From Minisyncoccota bacterium (GTDB lineage Bacteria; Patescibacteriota; Minisyncoccia; Phycocordibacterales; UBA5272), in the NCBI GenBank assembly GCA_041651055.1, contig JBAZJW010000005.1, positions 1 through 63,694 on the forward strand: 63,694 nt of DNA, read 5' to 3'. Both the position numbers and the translations under genes were made by a program. Of this stretch, positions 43,539-52,126 are shown piece after piece; the first letter of the stretch is position 1, and every line of letters begins with the position of its first letter. The notes under the pieces were generated by a model. The model made no database searches and was not told the origin of the DNA. It saw nothing but the letters and a program-made list of their open reading frames with translations.

Positions 43539-45620
43539 TTATTCTATCACTGGAATCCATGCGCATCTACAAGCAACGTGTGCTGGAAGCATGTTACGTG
43601 CTTCACTAAGAGGCAATACTTTGTTACTGAGTCCTAAACAAGTGGGGCAAGTCCTGTCCGAAATGGCTGCAATCCATTGCACCTTCTCGACGTTTCGGTC
43701 TTTGTACGTCATTAATGCTCCTTCTGCTGCTGCCCTGACTGTCTCCGTTCTTGCAATGGTGTAAGGTCTCACGCTTGCACTGGCGACAATCTTTGCCCTG
43801 CCGTCATCGTACCTTTCCACTTCGCCGTCCTTAACAGCAAGAAGGTCTCCAGGTCTTACCTCATTCTTTATGCTAGTGGCAATCTTGTTGATTGATTCTC
43901 CGTTGTCGAAGCCACGCCTTATTATTTTTCGCAGCTTCTCAACCTGAGTGTCTGATAACTTGCCGATTTCTTCTTCGAACTGGTCTTTCGCTGCTAAGAA
44001 AGGAAACGTGTCCTTGTCGACAAAGCTTAAAATGTTATTCTTGAACTCGTTGTAGTCAAAGCCCACCCATTCCTTGATTGAATAATCTAGTGACAGGTCT
44101 TCAAACAGCTTGTCTGGTGATACGTCTTTGCACGTGCAATGCTCAATCATTTGCGAACCAACTTCTTTGGCCTTGGGCTTTTCTGCAGGCTCTCCTTGTT
44201 TGCGCACTGGGAATCTTGCACCTGGACTGTTAGCACTTCCTGGAACTGCAGGCAGTGCCTGAGCGTCCTTACGTGCCTTTTCTTGTTCAATGCTTTCTTC
44301 ACGCTCACCAAGTTCTAACAACTCGTACAGCCTGTCTTCCAGTTTGAATCGTAAGTCGTCACTTATGGTGAACACTTTAAGCATTTCAGTAATCCTTATT
44401 ACTTCCTCATTGACGTCTTTCTTACTAGGCTTGCCCCAGACAAAGTCAATGTTGGCTCCAGTATTTATTGGTGCAGTGACTCTTGCAAAAATGTCTTCCT
44501 CAACAATTTTTTCAATGTCAATCTGGAATGAGTGAGCACGCTTTTCGAATGCTTCTTTCTGCTCAGCTGCCAGTCCTTCAGGAATGCTTCCGTAACCCAG
44601 CAAGACTTCAGGGGTTTGTGACGTAACACTAATCATTTCAAGGTCGTGCTCTAGCACGGCAGTGAACTTGTCACCAACATTGCCGAAGTCTATTACTTTG
44701 AAGTCAACGTAAGGGTCGGTGCTCCATTCTTGTTTCTCATTCATGAACTCCATTGTCTTGCCGAATGCCTCAACGGATTCGGCAGTTGGAACAATGCCTT
44801 TTTCGGCGTCACCGAGCTTTGCCCAAAGTGGACTGTTAGCCTTGCGCTTGAGAATGGTATGCATGTCCTTGCGTGCCTTGATGAAATCGTTGATGATGTG
44901 AAGCATTGGATAAATTATTCCGTTGCCGTAAGCATCATCACCAATCTGGTTTATTGCTAAGTGAGCAATCTGGTGAGGCTCGAATGGTATTGGAGACTCA
45001 CCAAACAATGTAGGGTTGTACTGATAATACCTTTCAAGCTTTCCCTTGTCATTGCGGGCGACGAACATATTCCTACTGCAAAGAACTTTCATTTCCATCG
45101 GTGCACTTTTACTGGTCGCACCACCTAGTTCCATGAATGAGTTGCCTGTGAGCAATGCTTCTTTAATCCACTTCCTGAGAAGGCTCTCGAAATGATTGTC
45201 CTTGACAAACTCGTCAAGAACTTTCTGTACGTTAGCATCGTCTGCTTTTATTGTAAACCCATTACCGACAATGAAGTCCACGTACTTGTCAACAATTGCA
45301 GTGACCAGTCCGAACTTCTTGTACATCTTGAGAAGGACTTCAAAGTTGAACGGGTGGTCAATGGCATTCTTTAAAATGTCCCCTCTGAACTTTATTTTGT
45401 CGTCAAAGACTTTTCCCCTGAACTCCTCAAATATGGAGTTTATTCCATCACCATTGCATATTTTGCTTCCATGCGAGAATACAGAAATGGACGAGGCTGC
45501 TGCACTTGGTGCAGAGGTGTTTGTTGTAGGACGTGAGACCTCGGGTATTATAGTATTACTATGCTCAGTGATTGTAGGTGTCTTTAGATTTATGGTAAAT
45601 AGCGCACACACGTATAGCAC
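43539..45620 (-). CDS. Portal protein fused to a Mu-F/SPP1-gp7-like head morphogenesis domain
   Basis: The C-terminus ...ARTETVRAAAEG...DRTCPTCLGL...PAHVACRCAW is the MuF-family ending. The N-terminal ~450 aa sit in the portal position after terminase. The start is probably GTG 45611, behind GAGGTG. Confidence 0.7.
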   Translation of the reverse strand: MLYVCALFTINLKTPTITEHSNTIIPEVSRPTTNTSAPSAAASSISVFSHGSKICNGDGINSIFEEFRGKVFDDKIKFRGDILKNAIDHPFNFEVLLKMYKKFGLVTAIVDKYVDFIVGNGFTIKADDANVQKVLDEFVKDNHFESLLRKWIKEALLTGNSFMELGGATSKSAPMEMKVLCSRNMFVARNDKGKLERYYQYNPTLFGESPIPFEPHQIAHLAINQIGDDAYGNGIIYPMLHIINDFIKARKDMHTILKRKANSPLWAKLGDAEKGIVPTAESVEAFGKTMEFMNEKQEWSTDPYVDFKVIDFGNVGDKFTAVLEHDLEMISVTSQTPEVLLGYGSIPEGLAAEQKEAFEKRAHSFQIDIEKIVEEDIFARVTAPINTGANIDFVWGKPSKKDVNEEVIRITEMLKVFTISDDLRFKLEDRLYELLELGEREESIEQEKARKDAQALPAVPGSANSPGARFPVRKQGEPAEKPKAKEVGSQMIEHCTCKDVSPDKLFEDLSLDYSIKEWVGFDYNEFKNNILSFVDKDTFPFLAAKDQFEEEIGKLSDTQVEKLRKIIRRGFDNGESINKIATSIKNEVRPGDLLAVKDGEVERYDDGRAKIVASASVRPYTIARTETVRAAAEGALMTYKDRNVEKVQWIAAISDRTCPTCLGLSNKVLPLSEARNMLPAHVACRCAWIPVIE

Positions 45621-45650
45621 CTCGTCCTAAAGCTTAAAGATGATAATGGA

Positions 45651-45677
45651 TATAAACTTTAAGTTGTGCTATATAGC
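45651..45677 (-). promoter_or_regulatory. Late promoter, copy 3
   Basis: The minus strand reads CTATATAGCACAACTTAAAGTTTATAT. Confidence 0.7.
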
Positions 45678-45679
45678 AT

Positions 45680-46987
45680 TTACCTTAATGTAGGAGCGTA
45701 AGAAACATTCTGACTGCATCCCCAACAAGCAAGTGCCAGTGCGTCAGGATAATCATCAAACCCGTACTCACTGTGGTGCAACTTCAAATCCCCGTTTCCC
45801 ATAGTCTCATAGCGCAAGTCCCTCAATTGCTCAATAAGCTTCCTGTTGTTAGGATACTTGATTCTGTTGTTTTCCATGAGCACTTTTAGGTTGCTGTAAA
45901 TATCAATTTTTTCTTTTATTGTAAACTTACAGCCCACTAGCCTTCCAGGGATTGCCACGTTAAGCTCATCATACACTCCAGCGCCTAGTCCGTTCATGTC
46001 CACAAACACTTTTTGGAATACGAACTGAGAATCTAAGAACCTGACTCGACCGCTCAACTGCACTGTAGTGTTAGTCACCCACGATTCTATGTAAACCACT
46101 TTGACCTCGTTGTTAAAAATGTTGCGCTCAATGACAATGATGACTGATTCGTCCTCGCCCATGCGAGCGCAGTCAACCCCAAGATAATAAATATGCCTCG
46201 GGTGCTCACGCTTCTCAATAATCTTTATACTCTCGTCCACGCAGTTCTTGATAAGGTCATAACTGAAGTAGCTGTCTGCACTTTCTAAGAACTCAGCAAG
46301 CCATTCCTGCCTGAACTTGTCCTTGGGCGTCTTGCCCCTTGCCTCATCAATTTCTTTCTTGTCCAAGTACGGATTGTCGTAGCTCGTGAAGTGCCAGCTC
46401 TCGTAATCGTGATTGTGTTCCTTGTCAATTCCTAGAATGTAAAGTTCGTAAAACCAGTTCTTGCCAGTGGGTGTGCTGATGAACACCGCCCATCCTTTCT
46501 TGTCCGCAATGGTTGGCCTGAGTGCTTCCCACCAAACATCACTCTTAATCTTACTGGCTTCATCAATTATCAAGAAGTCCAGACCTTCACCAATAAGGGA
46601 TACTGGATTGTCCGCTGACTTGCCAAGCACCTTGCTCCCATTGTGGAGTTCAATCATCATGCTGCCTTTACTTAGACTGCTGCTCTTGACTAACCACGGG
46701 AAGTACTTGTTGAACCCCCAGTATATCTCCCTGAATACCTTCTCGGCCAGCTCGTAGCTCGGAGCCACAATCCAGCCCATCTGGTCAGGCTTGATGACCA
46801 TTGCCTTCATCGCTTCTCTGGAAGCCGATAGTGACTTGCCCCAGCGTCTTCCACAAGTCATAAGCCTGAAACGAGCAGTAGAATTATGGAACTGCTGCTG
46901 CCCAGCGTGAGGCACGTACTTGGACTCAGTGAAAAACTTTTCCTGATTAAAAACGTACTGTGTGCGCTCTATTGCTTCAACAGTCAT
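45680..46987 (-). CDS. terL: Terminase large subunit
   Basis: Walker A-like CGRRWGKS, Walker B LIIDEAS, and a C-terminal nuclease-length domain. It lies directly upstream of the portal. Confidence 0.8.
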   Translation of the reverse strand: MTVEAIERTQYVFNQEKFFTESKYVPHAGQQQFHNSTARFRLMTCGRRWGKSLSASREAMKAMVIKPDQMGWIVAPSYELAEKVFREIYWGFNKYFPWLVKSSSLSKGSMMIELHNGSKVLGKSADNPVSLIGEGLDFLIIDEASKIKSDVWWEALRPTIADKKGWAVFISTPTGKNWFYELYILGIDKEHNHDYESWHFTSYDNPYLDKKEIDEARGKTPKDKFRQEWLAEFLESADSYFSYDLIKNCVDESIKIIEKREHPRHIYYLGVDCARMGEDESVIIVIERNIFNNEVKVVYIESWVTNTTVQLSGRVRFLDSQFVFQKVFVDMNGLGAGVYDELNVAIPGRLVGCKFTIKEKIDIYSNLKVLMENNRIKYPNNRKLIEQLRDLRYETMGNGDLKLHHSEYGFDDYPDALALACWGCSQNVSYAPTLR

Positions 46988-47295
46988 AGTTCTTCATCCT
47001 TTTTTCTATCATCTTCTCTAAAGTCCCCACGTTGCATCTTAAAAGTCTCCATCTCGAGTATCAATTTAGTTTTCTTGAATTTTACAAACGCATGACCATT
47101 ACTATAACACCACCTAAGTGCATCTAATAGTATGAATACTTCAGCCATGTTCATGTCTGTCTTTATCTCTCCCACTGAAGTTAAATAAATGATATCTCCG
47201 TTAATAGCTTGTTTTACAACTTTTTGTTGAGACATGCATAGTAATGTAGAACGCAACAAATTCGTTACTAATAATATGTCAGTATCAGGTTTCAT
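46984..47295 (-). CDS. Hypothetical protein (103 aa; small-terminase position)
   Basis: Called from position only. Confidence 0.35.
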   Translation of the reverse strand: MKPDTDILLVTNLLRSTLLCMSQQKVVKQAINGDIIYLTSVGEIKTDMNMAEVFILLDALRWCYSNGHAFVKFKKTKLILEMETFKMQRGDFREDDRKKDEEL

Positions 47296-47498
47296 TTTTT
47301 GAGTCTACGTTTTATGAGCATCCTGAATGGATACCTGATAATCTCGACAATACCAACTACTATGGTCAGTATGAGTATAAACAATATTGCAGCGCATGCC
47401 CAAATAAGTGACTCTGCTATTATCAACGGCACAGCAATTATGACCAGTACCAAGATTGCTAAACACAATAGTATCAAAGTAATTATCATTTCATTCAC
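47292..47498 (-). CDS. Small integral membrane protein (68 aa)
   Basis: IITLILLCLAILVLVIIAVPLIIAESLIWACAAILFILILTIVVGIV. Confidence 0.55.
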   Translation of the reverse strand: MNEMIITLILLCLAILVLVIIAVPLIIAESLIWACAAILFILILTIVVGIVEIIRYPFRMLIKRRLKK

Positions 47499-47499
47499 C

Positions 47500-48159
47500 T
47501 CATTCTGCTACAATCCAAAAATCTGTTTCTCCATCTATCACTTCAATGACCTTCCAACCACTTTCTTTAAAGTACCAAATGGCTTCGTCTTTAGTCCAGA
47601 AGTGCAAAGAACAATTATTGTCACTGTTCGTGATGTATGCTTTCGCATAATTCTTAAATTCTCCCCTATCTTTCAATAAGTCTGGGAACTGAAACATTCC
47701 CCTGCCGCAAGGAGCTAAGTAGTGCCTCAAGTTTTTGAGGATATAATAAACCTTGTACTTGTTAACATGCTGGAGCACGATGTGACTGTACATTTTCGTA
47801 ATGCAGTTTAGTGCAAGTACTGACTCACCTATTCCAGTGCAGTGGATAATGCTGACGTTGTCAATGCCTTCCAGGTACTTCTTGCTCAGTGACACCATTG
47901 AGTTGCTCACGTCTAGTCCCATTACTTGCTTGCAGTCTTTAGAAATGTGTTTGGCTAGTCTTCCAATTCCTGCGCCGTAATCAAGAACAATGTCGTCCTT
48001 GTTTATTTTCAAAGTTTTCGTTATGAACTCTGCGTCCTTATTTGTGTTCTTGTTAAAATCATCTTCAGTGCGTGCTCCCCATACTATCTTACTCATGGCG
48101 TCTTGAGATTCGTTGATGTTCTTCCAGAATATTTCTTCAGGGTCGTAGTTGGTCATCAT
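47500..48159 (-). CDS. Class I SAM-dependent methyltransferase
   Basis: Motif I VLDYGAGIGRL. Confidence 0.7.
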   Translation of the reverse strand: MMTNYDPEEIFWKNINESQDAMSKIVWGARTEDDFNKNTNKDAEFITKTLKINKDDIVLDYGAGIGRLAKHISKDCKQVMGLDVSNSMVSLSKKYLEGIDNVSIIHCTGIGESVLALNCITKMYSHIVLQHVNKYKVYYILKNLRHYLAPCGRGMFQFPDLLKDRGEFKNYAKAYITNSDNNCSLHFWTKDEAIWYFKESGWKVIEVIDGETDFWIVAE

Positions 48160-48380
48160 TTCTTTTTACCCCCAGAAGTTTTTATTGGTATGAACGATAG
48201 TGTCACAGTGGTATTACTAAAAGGATGCGTTATGGACACTGTCCTGTTAGGCATTGGCGTAGTATACGGCATGGGCGTTGTTGTAGGACAGAATGGTACT
48301 GGCTTGTAATTCTTGCACCTAAATCTAAACTCACAGTACTCGCAGTTCTTTTTTTGTTCGAAGCATGGTGGAGTTATCAT
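48156..48380 (-). CDS. Small Cys/Pro/Thr-rich protein (74 aa)
   Basis: CFEQKKNCEYCEFRFRC. ATGA overlap with the methyltransferase. Confidence 0.45.
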   Translation of the reverse strand: MITPPCFEQKKNCEYCEFRFRCKNYKPVPFCPTTTPMPYTTPMPNRTVSITHPFSNTTVTLSFIPIKTSGGKKK

Positions 48381-48397
48381 TCTTTATTCACCTCTAA

Positions 48398-48480
48398 TAG
48401 CAGGGGGAAGATTCGAACTTCCGCACTCTTTCGAGTCCAGGTCATGAGCCTAGCGGGATTGACCACTACCCGACCCTGCT
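48398..48480 (-). tRNA. tRNA, anticodon CAU (Met/Ile2-type), with A1:U72 pair and an atypical 14-nt extra arm
   Basis: Hand-folded. Acceptor AGCAGGG/CCCTGCT. D stem GGG/CCC with loop ...AGTGGT.... Anticodon stem CTAGG/CCTGG with loop CTCATGA (anticodon at 48444..48446). Extra arm ACTC-GAAA-GAGT. T arm GGAAG-TTCGAAT-CTTCC. Discriminator A, no encoded CCA. Confidence 0.75.
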
Positions 48481-48498
48481 GAAAATATTAAAAAAATT

Positions 48499-49098
48499 TT
48501 AGTTGGTTGACGGGTTGAACGCAGGCGTCTGCATCTTTGTTCCAACAGCCATCTTTTTGTGTTCTTCACCAACAACCGAAAGATTCTCAGCTGAAGACGA
48601 AGCACTTATCTTCTTCTTACGCTCCTCAACGAACTTCTGTTCCTGAGCGAGTTCTGCTTCGTTCATGTCACTCTGGGCTATGCTGACAGTGCACCCGTGC
48701 TTGTACGGCTTGCAACTGTAGCTAGTATTCACGACTAGCTCGAACCACACGTCACCGCCTTCACGCCTGCGCATGTTCTTGCGCTCAACACCAACGACTT
48801 CGAAGTAGTCCTTGTGCCCGTACTTGGCAAGGTCGAATGATGCAACAAGGTCTAAGAAGGGCTTCTCGGTTTCTTTGAAGTCACGATTGTAGCGCAGCTT
48901 GAGTTCGTTGTACAGTGTCTGCTTCTTCATCTTGAACTCTTCCAGTGCGCACTTCCTGCAGAACGGCAGGTGCTTCTTCACGTACTCCTGAGCAAATGTG
49001 TTGCACTTGTCCATGAAAATGTCTTCCGCTGTTACTTGTCCTGGCTGATGTCCTTCTTCTTCCTGCTCCGCAGGAGTCATTGCTCGTTCAATCCTCAT
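48499..49098 (-). CDS. Hypothetical protein (199 aa)
   Basis: ATG lies behind GAGGTGG. Confidence 0.6.
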   Translation of the reverse strand: MRIERAMTPAEQEEEGHQPGQVTAEDIFMDKCNTFAQEYVKKHLPFCRKCALEEFKMKKQTLYNELKLRYNRDFKETEKPFLDLVASFDLAKYGHKDYFEVVGVERKNMRRREGGDVWFELVVNTSYSCKPYKHGCTVSIAQSDMNEAELAQEQKFVEERKKKISASSSAENLSVVGEEHKKMAVGTKMQTPAFNPSTN

Positions 49099-49492
49099 TT
49101 TCTTCCACCTCTGGTTTGTTTACTATTAGCCCCATGTCTTCTAGCTTGTCCACTATCTCGTAGTAGTTCTTCTCTTCTGGAACGGACACTGTTATCGTCT
49201 TGGGCAACTGAGTTGGTGGTGCGACCTTCACGCCGTCCTTGAGCTGTTTCTCGCAGACTTCTATGGTGAAGTTTATTTCTTTCATCTTGTTCTCTGCTGC
49301 CTTGAGCCTCTTGTTGTATTCTCTGCGCTGCACTTCAACATCTACAGCAATTCCTTCACTAAGCATTAGCTCTGCTTGGTGCTTGACGAACAACATCTCA
49401 TCAAGTTCTTGCTTAGTAGATATAAGCCTGGTCTTTATTATTTGCTGCTCCTCAGCATCCAAGGGGCGCATTTCAGGTTTTTCTTCACTCAT
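49088..49492 (-). CDS. Hypothetical coiled-coil protein
   Basis: ATG 49492 lies behind GGAGGA. The track start at 49510 has no SD. Confidence 0.55.
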   Translation of the reverse strand: MSEEKPEMRPLDAEEQQIIKTRLISTKQELDEMLFVKHQAELMLSEGIAVDVEVQRREYNKRLKAAENKMKEINFTIEVCEKQLKDGVKVAPPTQLPKTITVSVPEEKNYYEIVDKLEDMGLIVNKPEVEENED

Positions 49493-49823
49493 TCTTCTCA
49501 TCCTCCACATCTACTTCTTCACAGTTCTTGTCCAGGTCAGTCTTGACAGAAATCTTAACTTTGTAGTCTTCAAAACTGTCCATATCCTCAATGAGCACGT
49601 CTTCGTTGCCATTAAAGAAATGTTCTTCAAAGTCTCCAGTATCAAAAAATCCTTCTATATGTTGAACAAGTGCTTTATGCATATCTATTGCATACCCAGC
49701 CCTAAATACTCTAAGCTCAAACTTCTTTTCTGAAGTTTCAAAGTTTTCATCACTTTGTCCTTCTTCTGGGAAGACTTCATAATTGTCTTCACTCTCAACT
49801 ACAATCGTTATTATACTTTTCAT
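49485..49823 (-). CDS. Highly acidic protein (112 aa; 33 D/E vs 11 K/R by hand count)
   Basis: ATG 49823 lies behind GGAGGG. Confidence 0.6.
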   Translation of the reverse strand: MKSIITIVVESEDNYEVFPEEGQSDENFETSEKKFELRVFRAGYAIDMHKALVQHIEGFFDTGDFEEHFFNGNEDVLIEDMDSFEDYKVKISVKTDLDKNCEEVDVEDEKNE

Positions 49824-50787
49824 TTTTATTCCCTCCAAGTTTGTAATGTTGACAACAGTCCACTGTATTGCACGGGCTTCGCATGTTGTCGAAACTAGCA
49901 GCTTCTAACTGGCCAATAAGTGACCTTCTCGCCACGCAATCGTCCAGTTCGCTCAGTGACGTACTGTCAATATGACCTAATACTAGCTCATTCTTGCTGT
50001 CCAGGCAACAAGCGTACCATTTCCCATCTGGATTCAGGAACGCTTCTGTTTTCACACGATTTATTTGTGGACACTGCTTGCTCTCATTCTTGAGCTTATG
50101 TTCTAAGAACTTGTCACGCTCCGCCCACAAGCATGGAATGATTCCTTGCACAACGTCCTTGTCGTTTATCAAGAACTTGATGCAGTTAATGGTGAGTTGC
50201 GTATAGTCTTGTCCTTCAGTGTAAGAATGTGCAACCATTCCCATTTTCTGATTAAGTACTGTCGCTGCAACATTCTTGTACATTACTGGGTCAATGACGT
50301 TCACTTCAATGGTGACTTCTCGTGTCTTGTGAAGTGCTGTCCTGAGCATGAGGAAGCCAGTGAATTGTTCCCATGCTTTGTAGAAGTCCGCATTCTTTGC
50401 GAGCTTATACTGTTCTGGGATTATGCTGTCGATATTGCACACGACCTTGTCCACTAGCTTGTCGTTAAGAATGGTATTCCACTGTTCTGTCGTACTGGAC
50501 AAGAAGTTGGTGAATAGCACAACAGTAACGTCTGGCAGGTAGTAGCGCACTGCTTTAAGGAATGCTATTATTTCGGCGTGCAGGAAGGCGTCACCATTCT
50601 CGCCTATTATTACTTGGTCTATTTTCTTGTTGTGCCTCTGATTGTAAATTATTGCTTGCCTTAGAACAATTTGAAGCGTGTCTTTACTCATGAATGTTTC
50701 TTCATTACATGCTCCCCTGTCTTTAGGACAGAATATGCAGCTTGCACTGCACTTGCTCGTCAAGCTCAGGTTGAGGCTTCGTATCAT
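49795..50787 (-). CDS. Radical SAM enzyme with Cys-rich C-terminal (SPASM/twitch-like) extension
   Basis: CX3CX2C cluster LTSKCSASCIFCP. C-terminal CPQ...GKWYACC...CNTVDCC. Confidence 0.7.
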   Translation of the reverse strand: MIRSLNLSLTSKCSASCIFCPKDRGACNEETFMSKDTLQIVLRQAIIYNQRHNKKIDQVIIGENGDAFLHAEIIAFLKAVRYYLPDVTVVLFTNFLSSTTEQWNTILNDKLVDKVVCNIDSIIPEQYKLAKNADFYKAWEQFTGFLMLRTALHKTREVTIEVNVIDPVMYKNVAATVLNQKMGMVAHSYTEGQDYTQLTINCIKFLINDKDVVQGIIPCLWAERDKFLEHKLKNESKQCPQINRVKTEAFLNPDGKWYACCLDSKNELVLGHIDSTSLSELDDCVARRSLIGQLEAASFDNMRSPCNTVDCCQHYKLGGNKNEKYNNDCS

Positions 50788-51005
50788 AGTTTCAGCTCTG
50801 TCTGGTCTATGACTATTGGCTCGTTTTGTTCTATGCTGAGTATTTTCTCCAGTTCGCCTTCCAGTCCTACTAGCCTGGAGACCTTGTACAATCGCTGCAC
50901 GTCCACTAACTGATAGTGTTGCCCGTCATAAAGTGGTGTGTGCGTTTCCACGTTTATGAACTTGTTGTTGTACCCGTCATATTCTGCTCGTATTGTCATA
51001 GTCAC
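50784..51005 (-). CDS. Hypothetical protein (about 71-73 aa)
   Basis: Track start is GTG 51005. An ATG at 50999 is also possible. It overlaps the radical SAM start. Confidence 0.5.
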   Translation of the reverse strand: MTMTIRAEYDGYNNKFINVETHTPLYDGQHYQLVDVQRLYKVSRLVGLEGELEKILSIEQNEPIVIDQTELKL

Positions 51006-51160
51006 ACCTCTCCTGCTTCAAAAGAAATTCTCAATCTTCCACGCTTGCTTCCTTTCTCAATGGTTAGTGTTGAAGGGATTATTCTTTTTGTTGCTGCTTC
51101 AACTTGTGCAACAGCAGAACTGTATAGTCCTATACTTGCCAAATCATCTGAAAAACTCAT
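51002..51160 (-). CDS. Small ORF (52 aa) between methyltransferase and radical SAM genes
   Basis: Hand-translated MSFSDDLASIGLYSSAVAQVEAATKRIIPSTLTIEKGSKRGRLRISFEAGEV. ATGA overlap with the methyltransferase stop. Confidence 0.45.
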   Translation of the reverse strand: MSFSDDLASIGLYSSAVAQVEAATKRIIPSTLTIEKGSKRGRLRISFEAGEV

Positions 51161-51753
51161 TTGTTAATCACCCTCAACAATGTTATTAACGACGCAAGCC
51201 TGTCCTCGAATATTATATTCTTGACGTATGTTTGGTGAACAACTTCTAAGCCCAAATGGTACGCCCACTTTCGCATCTGCCACATTGTAGGCACGTTCAC
51301 GTGTTCCTTGTCGCAACTGAACAACTGGTACTCGCTGTATGCTGGAGTGGCAAGGAAGATGTACCCGTTCAGCTTGGCCACTCGTTTGAGTTCTCTGAGC
51401 ACGTCCATGGGTCGCTCGGTGTGTTCCAGGGCGTGAGAGCAGAACACAAAGTTTATGCTTTCTCCAGCGAACGGAAGGTCGTTCATGTCACCTTTCATTA
51501 CACTGTTGCAGTTTGGGTGAATGTCAATTCCCATCCAGTTAAATCCTTGCTTAATGAAGAATGGTCGTGTTGTGTCGTCCCTGCAGCCAACGTCCAGAAT
51601 GGTTGCCTCGTTGTTCTTGTCTTTGACAATTACTTTGCGGAAGTACCTGAGCACATCGAGCAAGTGACCTTCTGCCTTGCATATTTGAAGGTCTTGCTTT
51701 TCTTCCTCAGTGTACTCTGCTGGAAAAACAATAGTGTTTTCTTTGGTTATCAT
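51157..51753 (-). CDS. Class I SAM-dependent methyltransferase
   Basis: ILDVGCRDD...GIDI...FVFCSHALEH (Methyltransf_11-like). Confidence 0.65.
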   Translation of the reverse strand: MITKENTIVFPAEYTEEEKQDLQICKAEGHLLDVLRYFRKVIVKDKNNEATILDVGCRDDTTRPFFIKQGFNWMGIDIHPNCNSVMKGDMNDLPFAGESINFVFCSHALEHTERPMDVLRELKRVAKLNGYIFLATPAYSEYQLFSCDKEHVNVPTMWQMRKWAYHLGLEVVHQTYVKNIIFEDRLASLITLLRVINK

Positions 51754-51756
51754 TTT

Positions 51757-51945
51757 TTACCTCAAGAATATTCTCATTATCTTCGGACGTATATCGTTCC
51801 ACAACTTTGTCTTGTGTTGTCTTTCGTATTTTAACATGCAAAGTGAGTATAGTTTCAGGTCATAAAACACCGCAACATCTCTAAGGACAGAATCGTCAAG
51901 AGCAAACAACGTGTCCAATGGGTCAACTTCTGCATAGTCACTCAT
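51757..51945 (-). CDS. Hypothetical protein (62 aa)
   Basis: Track ORF. Confidence 0.5.
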   Translation of the reverse strand: MSDYAEVDPLDTLFALDDSVLRDVAVFYDLKLYSLCMLKYERQHKTKLWNDIRPKIMRIFLR

Positions 51946-52126
51946 TTTGTTTTACCTCTTTGGTCTTGAATACTGTGATGTCCGCCTTCTCTTCGGCTTG
52001 TTCCAGGCTGTCGTACAGGAACTTAATTTTGTTCCTGCTGCTCAGTGCGTCCCTGTCGTTCACTGTCAGGCTGGCACTCGGGAGCGTCTTGTCGCTGGGT
52101 TTTATTTGGATTCTTAGTTTCATCAT
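51938..52126 (-). CDS. Hypothetical protein (62 aa)
   Basis: ATG lies behind AAGGTGAT. It overlaps the 3' 104 nt of the upstream ORF. Confidence 0.45.
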   Translation of the reverse strand: MMKLRIQIKPSDKTLPSASLTVNDRDALSSRNKIKFLYDSLEQAEEKADITVFKTKEVKQNE

